Source: Lachnoclostridium sp. UBA1308 (GTDB taxonomy: Bacteria > Bacillota > Clostridia > Lachnospirales > Lachnospiraceae). Taken from it: a stretch of 64,000 nucleotides of DNA. Below the pieces are notes generated by a model, which worked only from the letters and a program-made list of their open reading frames with translations, was not told where the DNA came from and did not search any database. This document shows positions 21,522 through 32,951 of the stretch, one piece after another. Each line of letters starts with the position of its first letter. Position 1 is the stretch's first letter. The stretch lies in NCBI GenBank assembly GCA_002307215.1, contig DBTU01000028.1:10331-74330 (forward strand), read 5' to 3'. The position numbers and the translations under genes were made by a program.

Positions 21522-22955
21522 TCACACCTTAATATCTGCCTTTAATCCCAACAGATCATTATTCTCATCAAGAATCGGTTGAATAACCTCTCGAATAAAT
21601 TCTTCGGTCTGCTCCTTGGAACGTCCGGTGTATTTTGCCGGGTCCATCGTACTCTTTAACTCTTCCAGAGTCATGTTGAAGGCAGGGTCTGCCGCAATCA
21701 GTTCAAGCAGATTGTTCTCAAGTCCCTTTTCTTTCACATTTTTGCCTGCTTCCATGGAAAGTGTACGGATTCTCTCATGAAGCTCCTGTCTGTCACCACC
21801 TGCTTTTACGGCATCCATCATAATATTTTCAGTTGCCATGAAAGGAAGCTCCTGCATCAGGCGTTTCTCAATTACCTTCGGATATACCACGAGTCCGTCA
21901 ACTACATTCATATACAAATCAAGAATCCCATCCACCGCAAGAAAGGCTTCCGGAACACTGATTCTCTTATTTGCCGAATCATCCAGGGTTCTCTCGAACC
22001 ATTGAGTTGCAGCTGTAATTGCCGGGTTGAGGGCATCCACCATAACGTAGTTTGCGAGGGAAGCAATTCGCTCACTTCTCATCGGGTTTCTCTTATATGC
22101 CATCGCGGAGGAACCGATCTGGTTCTTCTCAAAGGGCTCTTCTATTTCCTTCAGATGCTGAAGGAGTCTGATATCATTGGAGAATTTATGCGCACTTACC
22201 GCAATTCCGGCCAGCATATTAAGTACACGTAAATCTATCTTTCTGGAATAGGTCTGCCCGGATACCGGATAACAATCCGAAAAGCCCATTTTACCTGCAA
22301 TTACTTTATCCAGCTTCTTAATCTTCTCATGATCGCCATCAAATAATTCCAGGAAGCTGGCCTGTGTTCCGGTCGTTCCCTTGGAACCAAGTAACAGCAT
22401 GCTATCTATCAGATAACAAATATCATCATAATCAAGCTTTAACTCCATCAGCCATAGAGCCGCTCTCTTACCAACGGTGGTCGGCTGTGCCGGCTGAAAA
22501 TGAGTGAAGGCCAGTGTCGGAAGCGCACGATATTCCATGGCGAACTTAGAAAGCTCAGCCATAACATTAACCAGCTTCTTCTTCACCAGCTTAAGTGCTT
22601 CGGTCATTACAATAATGTCTGTATTATCACCGACATAGCAAGAGGTTGCTCCCAGATGAATGATACCCTTAGCCTTCGGGCACTGCTCTCCATAGGCATA
22701 TACATGGGACATTACATCGTGACGAACTAAGGCTTCTCGTTCTTTCGCCACCTCATAATTGATATCCTCCTGATGTGCTTTCAGTTCCTCGATCTGTTCC
22801 TGCGATATATTTAACCCAAGCTCTCTTTCTGCTTCTGCGAGGGCTACCCAAAGCTTTCTCCAGGTCCTGAATTTCATGTCCGGTGAAAAGATATATTGCA
22901 TCTCCTTTCCCGCATAGCGCTCGGATAAAGGACTCATATACTTATCATTGCTCAT
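21522..22955 (-). CDS. purB: adenylosuccinate lyase
   Basis: RHDVMSH, HLGATS, THFQPAQ, GSSAMAYKRNP. Confidence 0.96.
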   Translation of the reverse strand: MSNDKYMSPLSERYAGKEMQYIFSPDMKFRTWRKLWVALAEAERELGLNISQEQIEELKAHQEDINYEVAKEREALVRHDVMSHVYAYGEQCPKAKGIIHLGATSCYVGDNTDIIVMTEALKLVKKKLVNVMAELSKFAMEYRALPTLAFTHFQPAQPTTVGKRAALWLMELKLDYDDICYLIDSMLLLGSKGTTGTQASFLELFDGDHEKIKKLDKVIAGKMGFSDCYPVSGQTYSRKIDLRVLNMLAGIAVSAHKFSNDIRLLQHLKEIEEPFEKNQIGSSAMAYKRNPMRSERIASLANYVMVDALNPAITAATQWFERTLDDSANKRISVPEAFLAVDGILDLYMNVVDGLVVYPKVIEKRLMQELPFMATENIMMDAVKAGGDRQELHERIRTLSMEAGKNVKEKGLENNLLELIAADPAFNMTLEELKSTMDPAKYTGRSKEQTEEFIREVIQPILDENNDLLGLKADIKV

Positions 22956-23015
22956 GTTATTGCCCCTTTCTGTTATCATTTACAGATACCGCAAATGCAG
23001 TATCTAAAATTTTCT

Positions 23016-24065
23016 TTACCAATTCATAAGCTCTTCCAGTTTACCCACTAATCGTGCTGCCATCTTATTATGTGTAATCTTGGTTGGGTGCCAGTCAGCA
23101 CCAATACCGTCCGTTTCCAGCTGATCGTCGAAGGCCATATAATAGATATCCTTTATTCCCTCAGTTGTGAGTAGATTTACCTGATGTTCTATCTCAGCGC
23201 ACAAATCCTGTCCCATCGCACCCAGGGTACATAAAATCTTTGAATATGGATTTAAGTTGCGTACATTTTTAATAAATTTATGATATTCCCTACCGAAGGT
23301 TTCCACCCTGTCCGGGATTTTCTTTGTATAGCTTTGATCATTCGTGCCCAGATTGATGATGATACAATCCGGTATAAATGCTTTATTGTTCCAAATAGAT
23401 AACTCCTTATTACCAAGAGCAAGATCCGTTGCCTTATCTGTATACGGATACATCGCCGGCATCAGCCAGCTATCATTTGGAATCTCTTCCTCCGTATAGT
23501 TCGAGATGATTCCTATTCCACTCCACGAAATCAGATGGTAATCTGCATTAAGAGCTCTTGCTGTTGTAGCAGCATATGCCTCCCAGGGATTTTCTTGAGC
23601 TGTAGTAAAGGTATCCACATTCAATACACCTTCAATTCCATACCCACAGGTAATCGAATCCCCGATGAATTCCAGCTTTCTTATACCTGCTTGAGTTGGA
23701 ACAGGCTTCGTTCCATCCGTAATAATTCCTTTGATTCCTACTCTGCCAAAGGCTACCTCCGAATATTTAACCAGTCTTATCTTTGTTTCCTTCGCTTTTG
23801 TTCCTTGATAAAGCAGATAGGTGTCCTCTTCTTTGTCTAGTACGAGGCGTTTGGAGGGAGTCTCTTCTTCATCTACAAATACCGCTACTACTGCTCTGTG
23901 AATGCTCTCAAAGGAAGAGCCATCCGACCATAGCACTGCTTCTGCCCTCGTTCCGGTAAACAAAAACTCAATTGCTGAACAGGAATAATCAATATATGTG
24001 ATATCCTGATACCTTAAGGTTCTTCCGATTACTCTGACATGACTGTCATCCCCATGTACTATCAT
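23016..24065 (-). CDS. SGNH/GDSL esterase, CE2-like
   Basis: FIGDSITCGYG, SWSGIG, NLGTND, DWHP. Confidence 0.85.
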   Translation of the reverse strand: MIVHGDDSHVRVIGRTLRYQDITYIDYSCSAIEFLFTGTRAEAVLWSDGSSFESIHRAVVAVFVDEEETPSKRLVLDKEEDTYLLYQGTKAKETKIRLVKYSEVAFGRVGIKGIITDGTKPVPTQAGIRKLEFIGDSITCGYGIEGVLNVDTFTTAQENPWEAYAATTARALNADYHLISWSGIGIISNYTEEEIPNDSWLMPAMYPYTDKATDLALGNKELSIWNNKAFIPDCIIINLGTNDQSYTKKIPDRVETFGREYHKFIKNVRNLNPYSKILCTLGAMGQDLCAEIEHQVNLLTTEGIKDIYYMAFDDQLETDGIGADWHPTKITHNKMAARLVGKLEELMNW

Positions 24066-24085
24066 TATAATCCTCCACAAACATA

Positions 24086-25522
24086 TTAAAGATCGTACTC
24101 TCCCCTAATATCTTGGGTAGGGGGAGCAATCGGATAATTACCGGTAAAACAGGCATCGCAGTAGCCCTTATCTCCGCCGATCATTTCGCTCAATCTTTCC
24201 GCAGATAGATATCCGAGCGAATCCGCTCCAATCATATCTCTTATCTTATCGATTGAATTATTGTGAGCAATCAGCTGATCTCCGGTCGGGATATCAGTTC
24301 CAAAATAACAAGCATATAAAAACGGTGGCGAACTGATTCTTACATGAACCTCGGTGGCTCCTGCTTTCTTAAGCATTCGAACGATCTTCTCACTGGTGGT
24401 TCCACGTACAATGGAGTCATCTATCATAACTACTCTCTTGCCCTGAACAACCTCAGGCAGAACATTTAACTTAATACGGACACTGGAGACACGCATGGCT
24501 TGTTTTGGTTTGATAAAGGTTCTGCCGACATAACTGTTCTTAACAAAGGCCATACCAAAGGGTATGCCTGATTCGAGTGAATACCCAAGTGCCGCCGCAT
24601 TACCGGAATCCGGTACACCGACTACGACATCCGCTTCTACCGGGTAGGTTTGTGCCAGAATTCTTCCCGCCATGATTCTTGAATTATAGACACTGACTCC
24701 GTCAAAGCGACTATCAGGTCTTGAAAAATAAATATATTCAAAGATACATTTTGCAATCTTTTGGTTGCACTGTGAGGTATCGGAATGGATTCCTTCCTCG
24801 TTAATCATTACCACCTCACCCGGTAATACATCACGGATGAATTCGGCATCTGCCGCACTAAGCGCAGCTGTCTCCGAGGCAAGGATATATGCATTATCTC
24901 TCTTACCGATTACCAGCGGATGAAAACCGAAAGGATCTCTTGCGCCGATTAATTTTCTTGGGCTCATGATTACCAGGGAATAAGCCCCGCTCAACTTCTT
25001 CATCGCTCTGCGTACCGCTTCTTCCACTGTTGCAGAATTCAGACGCTCCCTCGCAATATGATATGCAATTACTTCGGTATCGATCGTGGTCTGAAAAATA
25101 GCTCCGGTATATTCCAATTCCTTGCGAAGCTCCGGTGTATTAACCAAATTACCATTATGGGCCAGGGCTAGCGTACCCTTAATATAATTCAAAACCAGCG
25201 GCTGCGTATTATTGATGTTGCTGCCTCCGGCTGTGGAATAACGGACATGTCCAATTCCGATATTACCCTTAAGGGTATCTAAATGCTCCGGGGTAAACAC
25301 TTCACTGACGAGCCCCATACCCTTCCACGCTTTCACCGCGCCCTTCGGACCGTCGGTGTCGCTGACAGCGATACCGCAACTCTCCTGTCCTCTGTGTTGT
25401 AGCGCAAATAAACCGTAATATATAGTGGATACTATGTCATTACCATCCAAATCATAGACTCCGAATACCCCACATTCTTCATGTAGTTCATCCGGGTTAT
25501 AACTGTTATTTTCCATATTCAT
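24086..25522 (-). CDS. purF: amidophosphoribosyltransferase
   Basis: EECGVFG, LQHRGQE, GHVRYST, HNGN, DDSIVRGTT. Confidence 0.97.
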   Translation of the reverse strand: MNMENNSYNPDELHEECGVFGVYDLDGNDIVSTIYYGLFALQHRGQESCGIAVSDTDGPKGAVKAWKGMGLVSEVFTPEHLDTLKGNIGIGHVRYSTAGGSNINNTQPLVLNYIKGTLALAHNGNLVNTPELRKELEYTGAIFQTTIDTEVIAYHIARERLNSATVEEAVRRAMKKLSGAYSLVIMSPRKLIGARDPFGFHPLVIGKRDNAYILASETAALSAADAEFIRDVLPGEVVMINEEGIHSDTSQCNQKIAKCIFEYIYFSRPDSRFDGVSVYNSRIMAGRILAQTYPVEADVVVGVPDSGNAAALGYSLESGIPFGMAFVKNSYVGRTFIKPKQAMRVSSVRIKLNVLPEVVQGKRVVMIDDSIVRGTTSEKIVRMLKKAGATEVHVRISSPPFLYACYFGTDIPTGDQLIAHNNSIDKIRDMIGADSLGYLSAERLSEMIGGDKGYCDACFTGNYPIAPPTQDIRGEYDL

Positions 25523-25666
25523 GCGTACTGATCCATCCTCTCATTCATATAAAAGTTAACAGGTTAACCATCTCTATCGCAACAAAAAGGGAGAAGCTCA
25601 CGAATAAGTCCTCTTACGGAACCTTTCGTTCATGGCATATCCGGTTTTGCATCATTCAAGTCAGTA

Positions 25667-25702
25667 AGGGGCTGACTAAAAATATATTTTAGACCAGCCC
25701 CT
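25667..25702. terminator. hairpin downstream of purC
   Basis: AGGGGCTG-CTAAAA...TTTTAG-CAGCCCCT. Confidence 0.55.
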
Positions 25703-25740
25703 GAATTACCATAACAGACTGACCTGCCTGTTATCTTATC

Positions 25741-26448
25741 TTAATTTATCCCTAGACGTTTGAACACTTCCTGGTATGCATCCTCAACGTTGCCGAGGTC
25801 TCTGCGGAAGCGATCTTTATCTAATTTCTCATGAGTTACGATATCCCAGAGTCTACAGGTATCCGGTGAAATCTCATCTGCAAGTATTATCTGTCCCTTA
25901 TATCTACCAAATTCAATCTTATAATCAATTAACTCAATACCAATGCCCGCAAAATATTTGCAAAGCACATCATTCACCTTAAATGCATATTTTGAAATAA
26001 TATCTATTTCTTCTCTGGTAGCTACACCGATAGCGATTGCATAATAATCGTTAATCATGGGATCACCCAGAGCATCATCCTTATAAGAGAATTCAAGTGT
26101 GGGGGCAATAAACCTGATGCCTTCCTCCATGCCAAGTTTTTTAGCGAAGCTTCCTGCAGAAACATTTCTTACAATAACCTCAAGCGGAACGATGGCTACC
26201 TTCTTCACAGCGGTTTCACGATCACTTAATTCTTCGATGTAGTGAGTCGGAACACCTTCCTTCTCCAACAAACGAAATACATGATTTGACATTTTGTTGT
26301 TAATTACACCTTTTCCAACAATCGTACCCTTCTTCAAACCGTTAAATGCTGTCGCATCGTCTTTATAATCTACGATTAATACATCTTCCACATCGGTATT
26401 GTAAACCCTTTTCGCTTTTCCTTCATACAGCATGTCTAGTTTCTTCAT
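25741..26448 (-). CDS. purC: SAICAR synthetase
   Basis: [42 protein letters not shown]. Confidence 0.97.
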   Translation of the reverse strand: MKKLDMLYEGKAKRVYNTDVEDVLIVDYKDDATAFNGLKKGTIVGKGVINNKMSNHVFRLLEKEGVPTHYIEELSDRETAVKKVAIVPLEVIVRNVSAGSFAKKLGMEEGIRFIAPTLEFSYKDDALGDPMINDYYAIAIGVATREEIDIISKYAFKVNDVLCKYFAGIGIELIDYKIEFGRYKGQIILADEISPDTCRLWDIVTHEKLDKDRFRRDLGNVEDAYQEVFKRLGIN

Positions 26449-26819
26449 TGCAACTGCACCTGTCCTTTACTATATTTTTTCATATAATTTAAGAAGCTCT
26501 CCGTTACACTTACATATTATAATGAAACAAGCATTTACCGCAATAGTATTTTGTCGTTTTCAAGAACAAAACTTGAAATTTGTCTATATGCACAAATTTA
26601 GTTGCGAAAAGAGATGCTTTTCCATCATATTATTTTATACAAAAACATCTTGCAATCCTATATATTAAGCTTATTTATGTCACTCATTAACTGTGATTAT
26701 AAATGAATTTTATTCTTATTTTGCAGCTCTACCATCATTGCATTTGCTCTCCTCTTGCGGTACAATTCTATCGTAATTCGTAAAGTTTGACCTACCAATC
26801 ACACAAAGGAAGATTTCCC

Positions 26820-27983
26820 ATGAAAATAATACTAGAGAAAATGATATTTTTCTTTCGTGCCGAAGCTGTGTTATGTATCGCGGCTGCCGCTGCGATTATC
26901 ACAATGTTTTTCGTACCGCCCTCCTCACACTACCTCTCGTATCTGAATGTTCGTGTGCTGAGTCTTTTATTTTGCCTCATGGTTGTGGTATCGGGCTTTC
27001 AGAAAATTGGCATATTCCTTCTGATGTCCGAGCACTTGTTGAAACGAGTTAAGTCCTTAAGGGCACTAACCTTCCTATTGGTCATTCTCTGCTTTATTAT
27101 ATCCATGTTGGTAACCAACGATGTAGCACTGATTACTTTTGTACCATTTTCCATTCTATTATTAACCCTGACCGGGCAGAAAAAGTATTTCATCCGGGTT
27201 ATCGTATTAGAGACGATAGCAGCAAACCTTGGAAGTATGCTGACACCAATCGGAAATCCGCAGAATCTCTATCTTTATACCCACTATAATATCCCGATTC
27301 TTGAATTCTTAAAAATTACTTTTCCATATGCAGCAGCTTCCTTTGTACTATTGTTTATTATCATTCTCACAACAAAAAAGGAACCTCTGAGCTTTCAAAT
27401 GCCGAACAGAAGTGAAAACTATCGTAAGAATTATCGCCTGCTGCCTGTCTATACGCTCCAGTTCCTTATTTGTATTGCCTGTGTTCTTCGCCTTTTCGAT
27501 TATCGCATTATGCTGGTAGCTGTATTACTATCTGTACTAATCTTTGACCTTCGTGTTTTGAAAAGAGTGGATTATGCTCTCCTCATTACCTTTGTCAGCT
27601 TCTTTATCTTCGTCGGAAATATCGGAAACATGACCCTGGTTAAAGACTATTTTGCAAGTCTGCTGATTGGCAAAGAACTGCCTGTCGCAATTATCTCAAG
27701 CCAGATTATAAGCAATGTTCCTGCTGCTATTTTGTTATCCGCTTTTACAGATCATTACAAGACATTAATTATTGGTACGAATATCGGTGGTCTAGGCAGC
27801 CTAGTTGCCTCACTTGCCAGTCTAATATCCTATAAATTCTACTGTCGGACTACAGATGCACAGAAAGGAAAATACCTGCGTGTATTTACCCTGTATAATC
27901 TTCTGTTTCTTGTGGGTCTCTGCCTTTTTTACCGATTTGGACATAATATCATGCTGGTGTTTTTATTCCTGCTTATATTCTAG
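26820..27983 (+). CDS. SLC13/ArsB/CitM-type anion permease
   Basis: TNDVAL, AANLGSMLTPIGNPQN, SNVPA motifs. Confidence 0.85.
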   Translation: MKIILEKMIFFFRAEAVLCIAAAAAIITMFFVPPSSHYLSYLNVRVLSLLFCLMVVVSGFQKIGIFLLMSEHLLKRVKSLRALTFLLVILCFIISMLVTNDVALITFVPFSILLLTLTGQKKYFIRVIVLETIAANLGSMLTPIGNPQNLYLYTHYNIPILEFLKITFPYAAASFVLLFIIILTTKKEPLSFQMPNRSENYRKNYRLLPVYTLQFLICIACVLRLFDYRIMLVAVLLSVLIFDLRVLKRVDYALLITFVSFFIFVGNIGNMTLVKDYFASLLIGKELPVAIISSQIISNVPAAILLSAFTDHYKTLIIGTNIGGLGSLVASLASLISYKFYCRTTDAQKGKYLRVFTLYNLLFLVGLCLFYRFGHNIMLVFLFLLIF

Positions 27984-28045
27984 CAGGAATAAAACTGATT
28001 CATTGGTTCCACTCATCTCTAAAAAATGATAATCAAAGATTGTTA

Positions 28046-28675
28046 TTAAAATCCCGTCATCATTCTTAATAACATGTCAATTTCTGTAGATAACCAACAA
28101 CCATATCCCGGCATACTTGTTATATTCCATTTAGAATTTTCAACCGGATCTTGTATTGCAAAAATTGCATCGTCTGGATTATCTGGTTGTATATATATCA
28201 CTATGTCTTTGTGCCCAACTGCATTTACTCCTGCTGGAGGGATATATGTGTCATAAACCAGCCGAATCCATGTATAATTATCTTCCGCGGTATAGGAAGT
28301 TAATTCTTTATCCAAAATGCTATTACTTAATGCGACTATTGGCAATTCAGAACTATCATTTTCAGTCGCGACATCCGTTATGCCAGCCCCCCCTCTCGGA
28401 ACAATCCATAATAGATTATTAATATCCTCAATAAGTCCTTGATGTTTTAAATCATTACACTGAAAGCGAAAACAATCGGAATTTCTTTGAATTAACATTT
28501 CTGATTCTTTTTCTTGTAAATTCAAGTCATTATCATTCATAGTTGGAGTTATTGTAATTGATCCATTTCCTACTGATGACGGTTGTGTAGCATGGGTCTT
28601 ATTGTTAGCAGAACATCCTGTACAAAGTAACGCATTTAATATAATCAATGTAAATAAAATATTCTTTTTTACCAT
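28046..28675 (-). CDS. lipoprotein of unknown function
   Basis: AAGGAG RBS, MVKKN... LLCTGC lipobox. Confidence 0.7.
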   Translation of the reverse strand: MVKKNILFTLIILNALLCTGCSANNKTHATQPSSVGNGSITITPTMNDNDLNLQEKESEMLIQRNSDCFRFQCNDLKHQGLIEDINNLLWIVPRGGAGITDVATENDSSELPIVALSNSILDKELTSYTAEDNYTWIRLVYDTYIPPAGVNAVGHKDIVIYIQPDNPDDAIFAIQDPVENSKWNITSMPGYGCWLSTEIDMLLRMMTGF

Positions 28676-29124
28676 ATTTTTCTCCTTATACAAAAATTCG
28701 AGTTTACATTTTACCTTTTTTCTCCTTTTTATATAGTAGACTTGCAAGTCAAATAAAAATTTAAAGGAGAAAATTATATTCCAAAAATTGCTATTCCAAC
28801 TTCTACCGTTACTTGTGTTGACGGTACGATGGATACTTATGTTGGTATTAATCCCAACGTAGATATCGATTATAAAGTTCAGGCCTTTGTAGATTGCTTC
28901 GAAGGAGCTGCGTATACAGTTTCCGACAAGTGAAGCAATATTAACAAATATACCAAATTCAACAGGGGAATGGAAGCCAAATTATATATATGTAAATATT
29001 ACTTATAAAGGCAATCTTGATAGCGGAAAAAGAGAAGAGTATGTCTTTATAAGCTCTACCGAAGGGTGGAAAGCATATGTGGAATTTATCGGGGCAGGTC
29101 AATCCTATATATCACTTTCTAAGA

Positions 29125-29727
29125 CTACCGATGGTGAAAATCGATATTGAGAATAATTCTTGAAACCAAGAAAAAAACCGAATTATATGGCCGCGTGACT
29201 GTTATCTCATAGGACAGATTTTCATTTACCATTAATTCATACGTAAGCTCTGTAGCATTTGACGGATTGTCAAATGAATCGTCCTTAGGACTTATTAATT
29301 TTATAGCAATTCCTTTTTCATCCGTAGCGACATTTCCATTCTTTACCCAATTATTATTTGAGGATTTCATATCCTCCGGAATTAAATTCGAAGTTACCGT
29401 GGTCACCAATAAAAAGGAATCTCTTCTCCAAGGCTGATGTCCCCCACTATTGATCCACTCTTCATAGGTCATTAAGGTATTTAATGATATTTGACCTGAT
29501 TCGTAATCTGGTAATTTCTCAGGTGCTTCATTAAGTTGAAGCAAATTATCAACAGAATAAATAATAATAGATTGATTAGCTTTCATTTCTATGTTTTGTT
29601 CACTAATATTACTTTTCACACTCTTTTGCTTACTATAATAACATGATATAAGTACTACATTTATTATCAAAATAGAAATAAAACAAAATGAGACTATTAA
29701 TATTTTCTTACTCTTTAACATCATCAT
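29125..29727 (-). CDS. membrane-anchored/secreted hypothetical protein
   Basis: N-terminal hydrophobic segment, GHQPWR motif, AT-rich. Confidence 0.65.
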   Translation of the reverse strand: MMMLKSKKILIVSFCFISILIINVVLISCYYSKQKSVKSNISEQNIEMKANQSIIIYSVDNLLQLNEAPEKLPDYESGQISLNTLMTYEEWINSGGHQPWRRDSFLLVTTVTSNLIPEDMKSSNNNWVKNGNVATDEKGIAIKLISPKDDSFDNPSNATELTYELMVNENLSYEITVTRPYNSVFFLVSRIILNIDFHHR

Positions 29728-30539
29728 CCAATCCTTTCATTCAATAATAATAGCAGGAATTCTGTCCTTTATTTGGGATTGTTGGATCCCAGACATATGG
29801 TCCCTCAATGAATTCCGTGTTAATAATTCTAAGGTAAGCATATCATTTTTATTTTAACCACGCTAAAGTATTGTATAATATGTGTAACTTTATCATTAAT
29901 AAATAAAAAAATAAGTACCGGTATACTACAGATCTTTTCATCCTTTTTATCAGAAATAATATACGCTATCTTATCAATTTCTCCATACTCATATAAAATC
30001 TCGTTTTTTATAAGTCTCTAATCCATTAGCTCGATCATATATCAAGTTTACTATTTCATTATATAGATTTTTTTCATATAGGAAAACATCCTTTATATTA
30101 TATAGATTGGTTACAACATCAATAGAATCTCCTATCTTCACTCCCTTTTCAGTTTTATAGTCACCGCCACTAACATCTATTTCTACTACTCCTTGGCTCT
30201 AAAAATGAGCACGGTGAACCTATGCACCGGCGCTGCCTCCCTTTCACATTCTGCCCAGAGTTGAATCATCATTGTCAACTGGTAAATAATTAATTATATC
30301 ATATAACATCATATATTATTTATTTCCATAGGAAAATCTATGTACACCCCTACCCCCTGATGGTATAATACTCTTACTGCCTCTTATAAAACAATCGATA
30401 AAAGGTCTATTTACAAGTAACAACCTATCATAATCATCCCGGAACAAACACCATTGCCACACTCACAAAAAGCACCTCGCGGCGTCATACCTGAGCTGTA
30501 ACGACAATTTACAACAGATAGAGGGAGTACCAAACTTAT

Positions 30540-31967
30540 ATGATTAATAACTTGACTTATCTTCACCAATACCTTATGGGAAAGCTCCGTCGAATCTATT
30601 TTATGGCTTTACCGGAATCGAAGCAGGATATGAAAGCCAGCCGTGTCAATTTCACAGTTGCGGATTCTGCTGCTCAGACTATTGTTCAGCTTGCGGGTGG
30701 TACCTTTCTGGCTACCCTCATGTCCTACAGCGGTGTATCCGACGCCAATATAGGTATCATCACGTCCCTAATCAGCCTGGCTGCACTTTCCCAGCTGTTC
30801 TGTATTAATTTCTTTAAACGTATTAAAAAATTTAAATTCTTGGTATGTGTAACTGCATTATTTCGAACTGCATTTGCTGCCTTATACTTAATTCCGCTAT
30901 TTCATTTTCCATCGATAACAAATTCCATCCTTATTGTATTACTCTACTTTACCGGGCAGCTTTTTGTTCAGATAGGAACACCTGCATCCCAAGACTGGAT
31001 TGCCAGCTTGGTACCCAGTCGCCTCAGAGGTAAGTATTTCTCGATTAAAGACTCCGTAGCAGTATTTGTAATCTCAACCCTTATGCTAGTCTGCGGTATG
31101 GTACTCGACTACTTTAAGAAAACCAATATACTTACCGGATTTATCATCATAGGAGCCACCATATTTATTCTTGCATTAGTTAATGTAATTGCTCTTTCTC
31201 TGATGAAGGAACCCAAGATGTCCTATGTGAACGATACCGGCAAGGAAATGCATGGCCGTCTGGCGAAAAAGGCGAAGGATCTTAAGCCTGAGACAAAACC
31301 TCAAAGCATACCTTCGGAACTTAAGGAAGCTTTCTCCGACCGGAAATTCAGGAAGGCCTTCACCGTTGTATGCCTCTTTACCCTGGCCTTCTATATCTGT
31401 CTTCCGTTCAACGCCAGTTTTCAGATTAATGATATGCATCTGCCGTATACCTTTATCATGCTGGTAGGCTTTATCTTCAATTTGTATCGAATCTATCTTG
31501 CTCCAAGACTTGGACGAATGGCAGACCGCTTAGGCATGGGCAGGCTGTTACGTTATACTATGCTGGCACTTGGCTTGAATTTTCTGGCCACAGCGTTAAC
31601 TATGCCCTTTAATGCATATCCGATGATGGTACTCGCTTCCTTCTTAGCTTCCACCGCTTGGGCGTTTGTAGGAATTGGATTATTTGGTATCCAGTTAGAT
31701 TTCTTTAAAAGTGAGAAGCGTATGACCTGGCTTACGATAACCTCCTCCCTCTCCGGTGTCTTCGGCTTTCTGGTTTCCATTCTGGGAGGACGACTGTTAA
31801 GCTTGTTCCAGTCCCTTCCCCTTTATCTTTGTGGACAGAAGATATACGCGCAGCAGATATTGAATTTGATCGGCTTCTTGGTTATACTTTTTGCGGTATA
31901 TTACATACGTCATCATATTGAGACCGAGAAAATCGATGCTAACCGCTTGGATGGGATTGTATCATAA
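30540..31967 (+). CDS. MFS transporter
   Basis: ~12 TM segments; DWIASLVPSRLRGKYF; GRMADRLG. Confidence 0.88.
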   Translation: MINNLTYLHQYLMGKLRRIYFMALPESKQDMKASRVNFTVADSAAQTIVQLAGGTFLATLMSYSGVSDANIGIITSLISLAALSQLFCINFFKRIKKFKFLVCVTALFRTAFAALYLIPLFHFPSITNSILIVLLYFTGQLFVQIGTPASQDWIASLVPSRLRGKYFSIKDSVAVFVISTLMLVCGMVLDYFKKTNILTGFIIIGATIFILALVNVIALSLMKEPKMSYVNDTGKEMHGRLAKKAKDLKPETKPQSIPSELKEAFSDRKFRKAFTVVCLFTLAFYICLPFNASFQINDMHLPYTFIMLVGFIFNLYRIYLAPRLGRMADRLGMGRLLRYTMLALGLNFLATALTMPFNAYPMMVLASFLASTAWAFVGIGLFGIQLDFFKSEKRMTWLTITSSLSGVFGFLVSILGGRLLSLFQSLPLYLCGQKIYAQQILNLIGFLVILFAVYYIRHHIETEKIDANRLDGIVS

Positions 31968-32027
31968 AAATAGTATTTGGTGATTTGTTCCATATATATT
32001 TTGGATAAAAATTGATTTTAAATTACA

Positions 32028-32951
32028 TTAATCTGATGTGGCATTAAAAATTTTATCAAATATTTCATCTTGAATATAAACATATACACCACCCATATCT
32101 CTATAATGTACATACCCATTTTTAAATAGTGTAATGTCTATTGTGGTACCATCATCCATTTTGAAATATAGATGTCTTATTTCATCCCCTTCTGTATCGT
32201 AGTCTGGTATTTTCTCCATTTGATCTTTAGGTGTTAATTTTACAAAAGGTGATTCATAAAGTTCATCGATGAAATCATCAATATCATTTTTATTTAAATC
32301 CAAACACTCTCTAAAATCATTGTCACTATTCATAAAAGCGTAATGAGGTTGATACAAAACATCTTTGTAATCGTTTTTTAAAAACAATTTTCCAAATAAA
32401 TCTTTTCCATTTATCAAATTATCTTCATCCAAATTATCATAAAACACCATAATAGAATTTTCTTTGTCTAATATGCATATTCTAAAATTTTCATTATAAT
32501 TATTTACTCCATATATTTTACCAGTAGCGACAATAGATGCATATATTTTCTTAGCTTCATCTCTATCAAATAAAGAACCACTTGCATTACCCAAATATTT
32601 GCCAAGTAATTTATTTATATTTTTCTCTTCATAATTGATACTTCCATCAAATGTATATGAATGTCCATTAAATATTATTGTAGGTATGGCATCTGCATCT
32701 AAAGTCATATTAAAATCAGATCCAGATGTGGGTATCTTACCAATAGTCTCTTCTATTATTTTAGAATTCTCCTTCGTAATACTTTCCACCTTATAATTTC
32801 TTGTTTGAATAGGGATAAATATAAAAGCAATTAGTATACATGCGAGAACACTTATACTCAAATATGTTTTTTTAATCCTTTTTTTCTTTACTTTATTGCA
32901 TATTTCAATTTTATTATAAATATTAGTACTACGTTCTTGATTACTTCTCAT
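32028..32951 (-). CDS. putative membrane-anchored anti-sigma factor
   Basis: Start overlaps the end of the ECF sigma frame; short basic N-terminus, one TM, extracellular domain. Confidence 0.6.
   Translation of the reverse strand: MRSNQERSTNIYNKIEICNKVKKKRIKKTYLSISVLACILIAFIFIPIQTRNYKVESITKENSKIIEETIGKIPTSGSDFNMTLDADAIPTIIFNGHSYTFDGSINYEEKNINKLLGKYLGNASGSLFDRDEAKKIYASIVATGKIYGVNNYNENFRICILDKENSIMVFYDNLDEDNLINGKDLFGKLFLKNDYKDVLYQPHYAFMNSDNDFRECLDLNKNDIDDFIDELYESPFVKLTPKDQMEKIPDYDTEGDEIRHLYFKMDDGTTIDITLFKNGYVHYRDMGGVYVYIQDEIFDKIFNATSD

Noticed and set aside
26450-26700. Purine/ZTP riboswitch or PurR box upstream of purC
   Set aside because: No convincing aptamer or PurBox consensus could be matched by eye
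30430-30520. Possible structured leader or c-di-GMP riboswitch before the MFS gene
   Set aside because: Lacks recognisable class I or II consensus motifs
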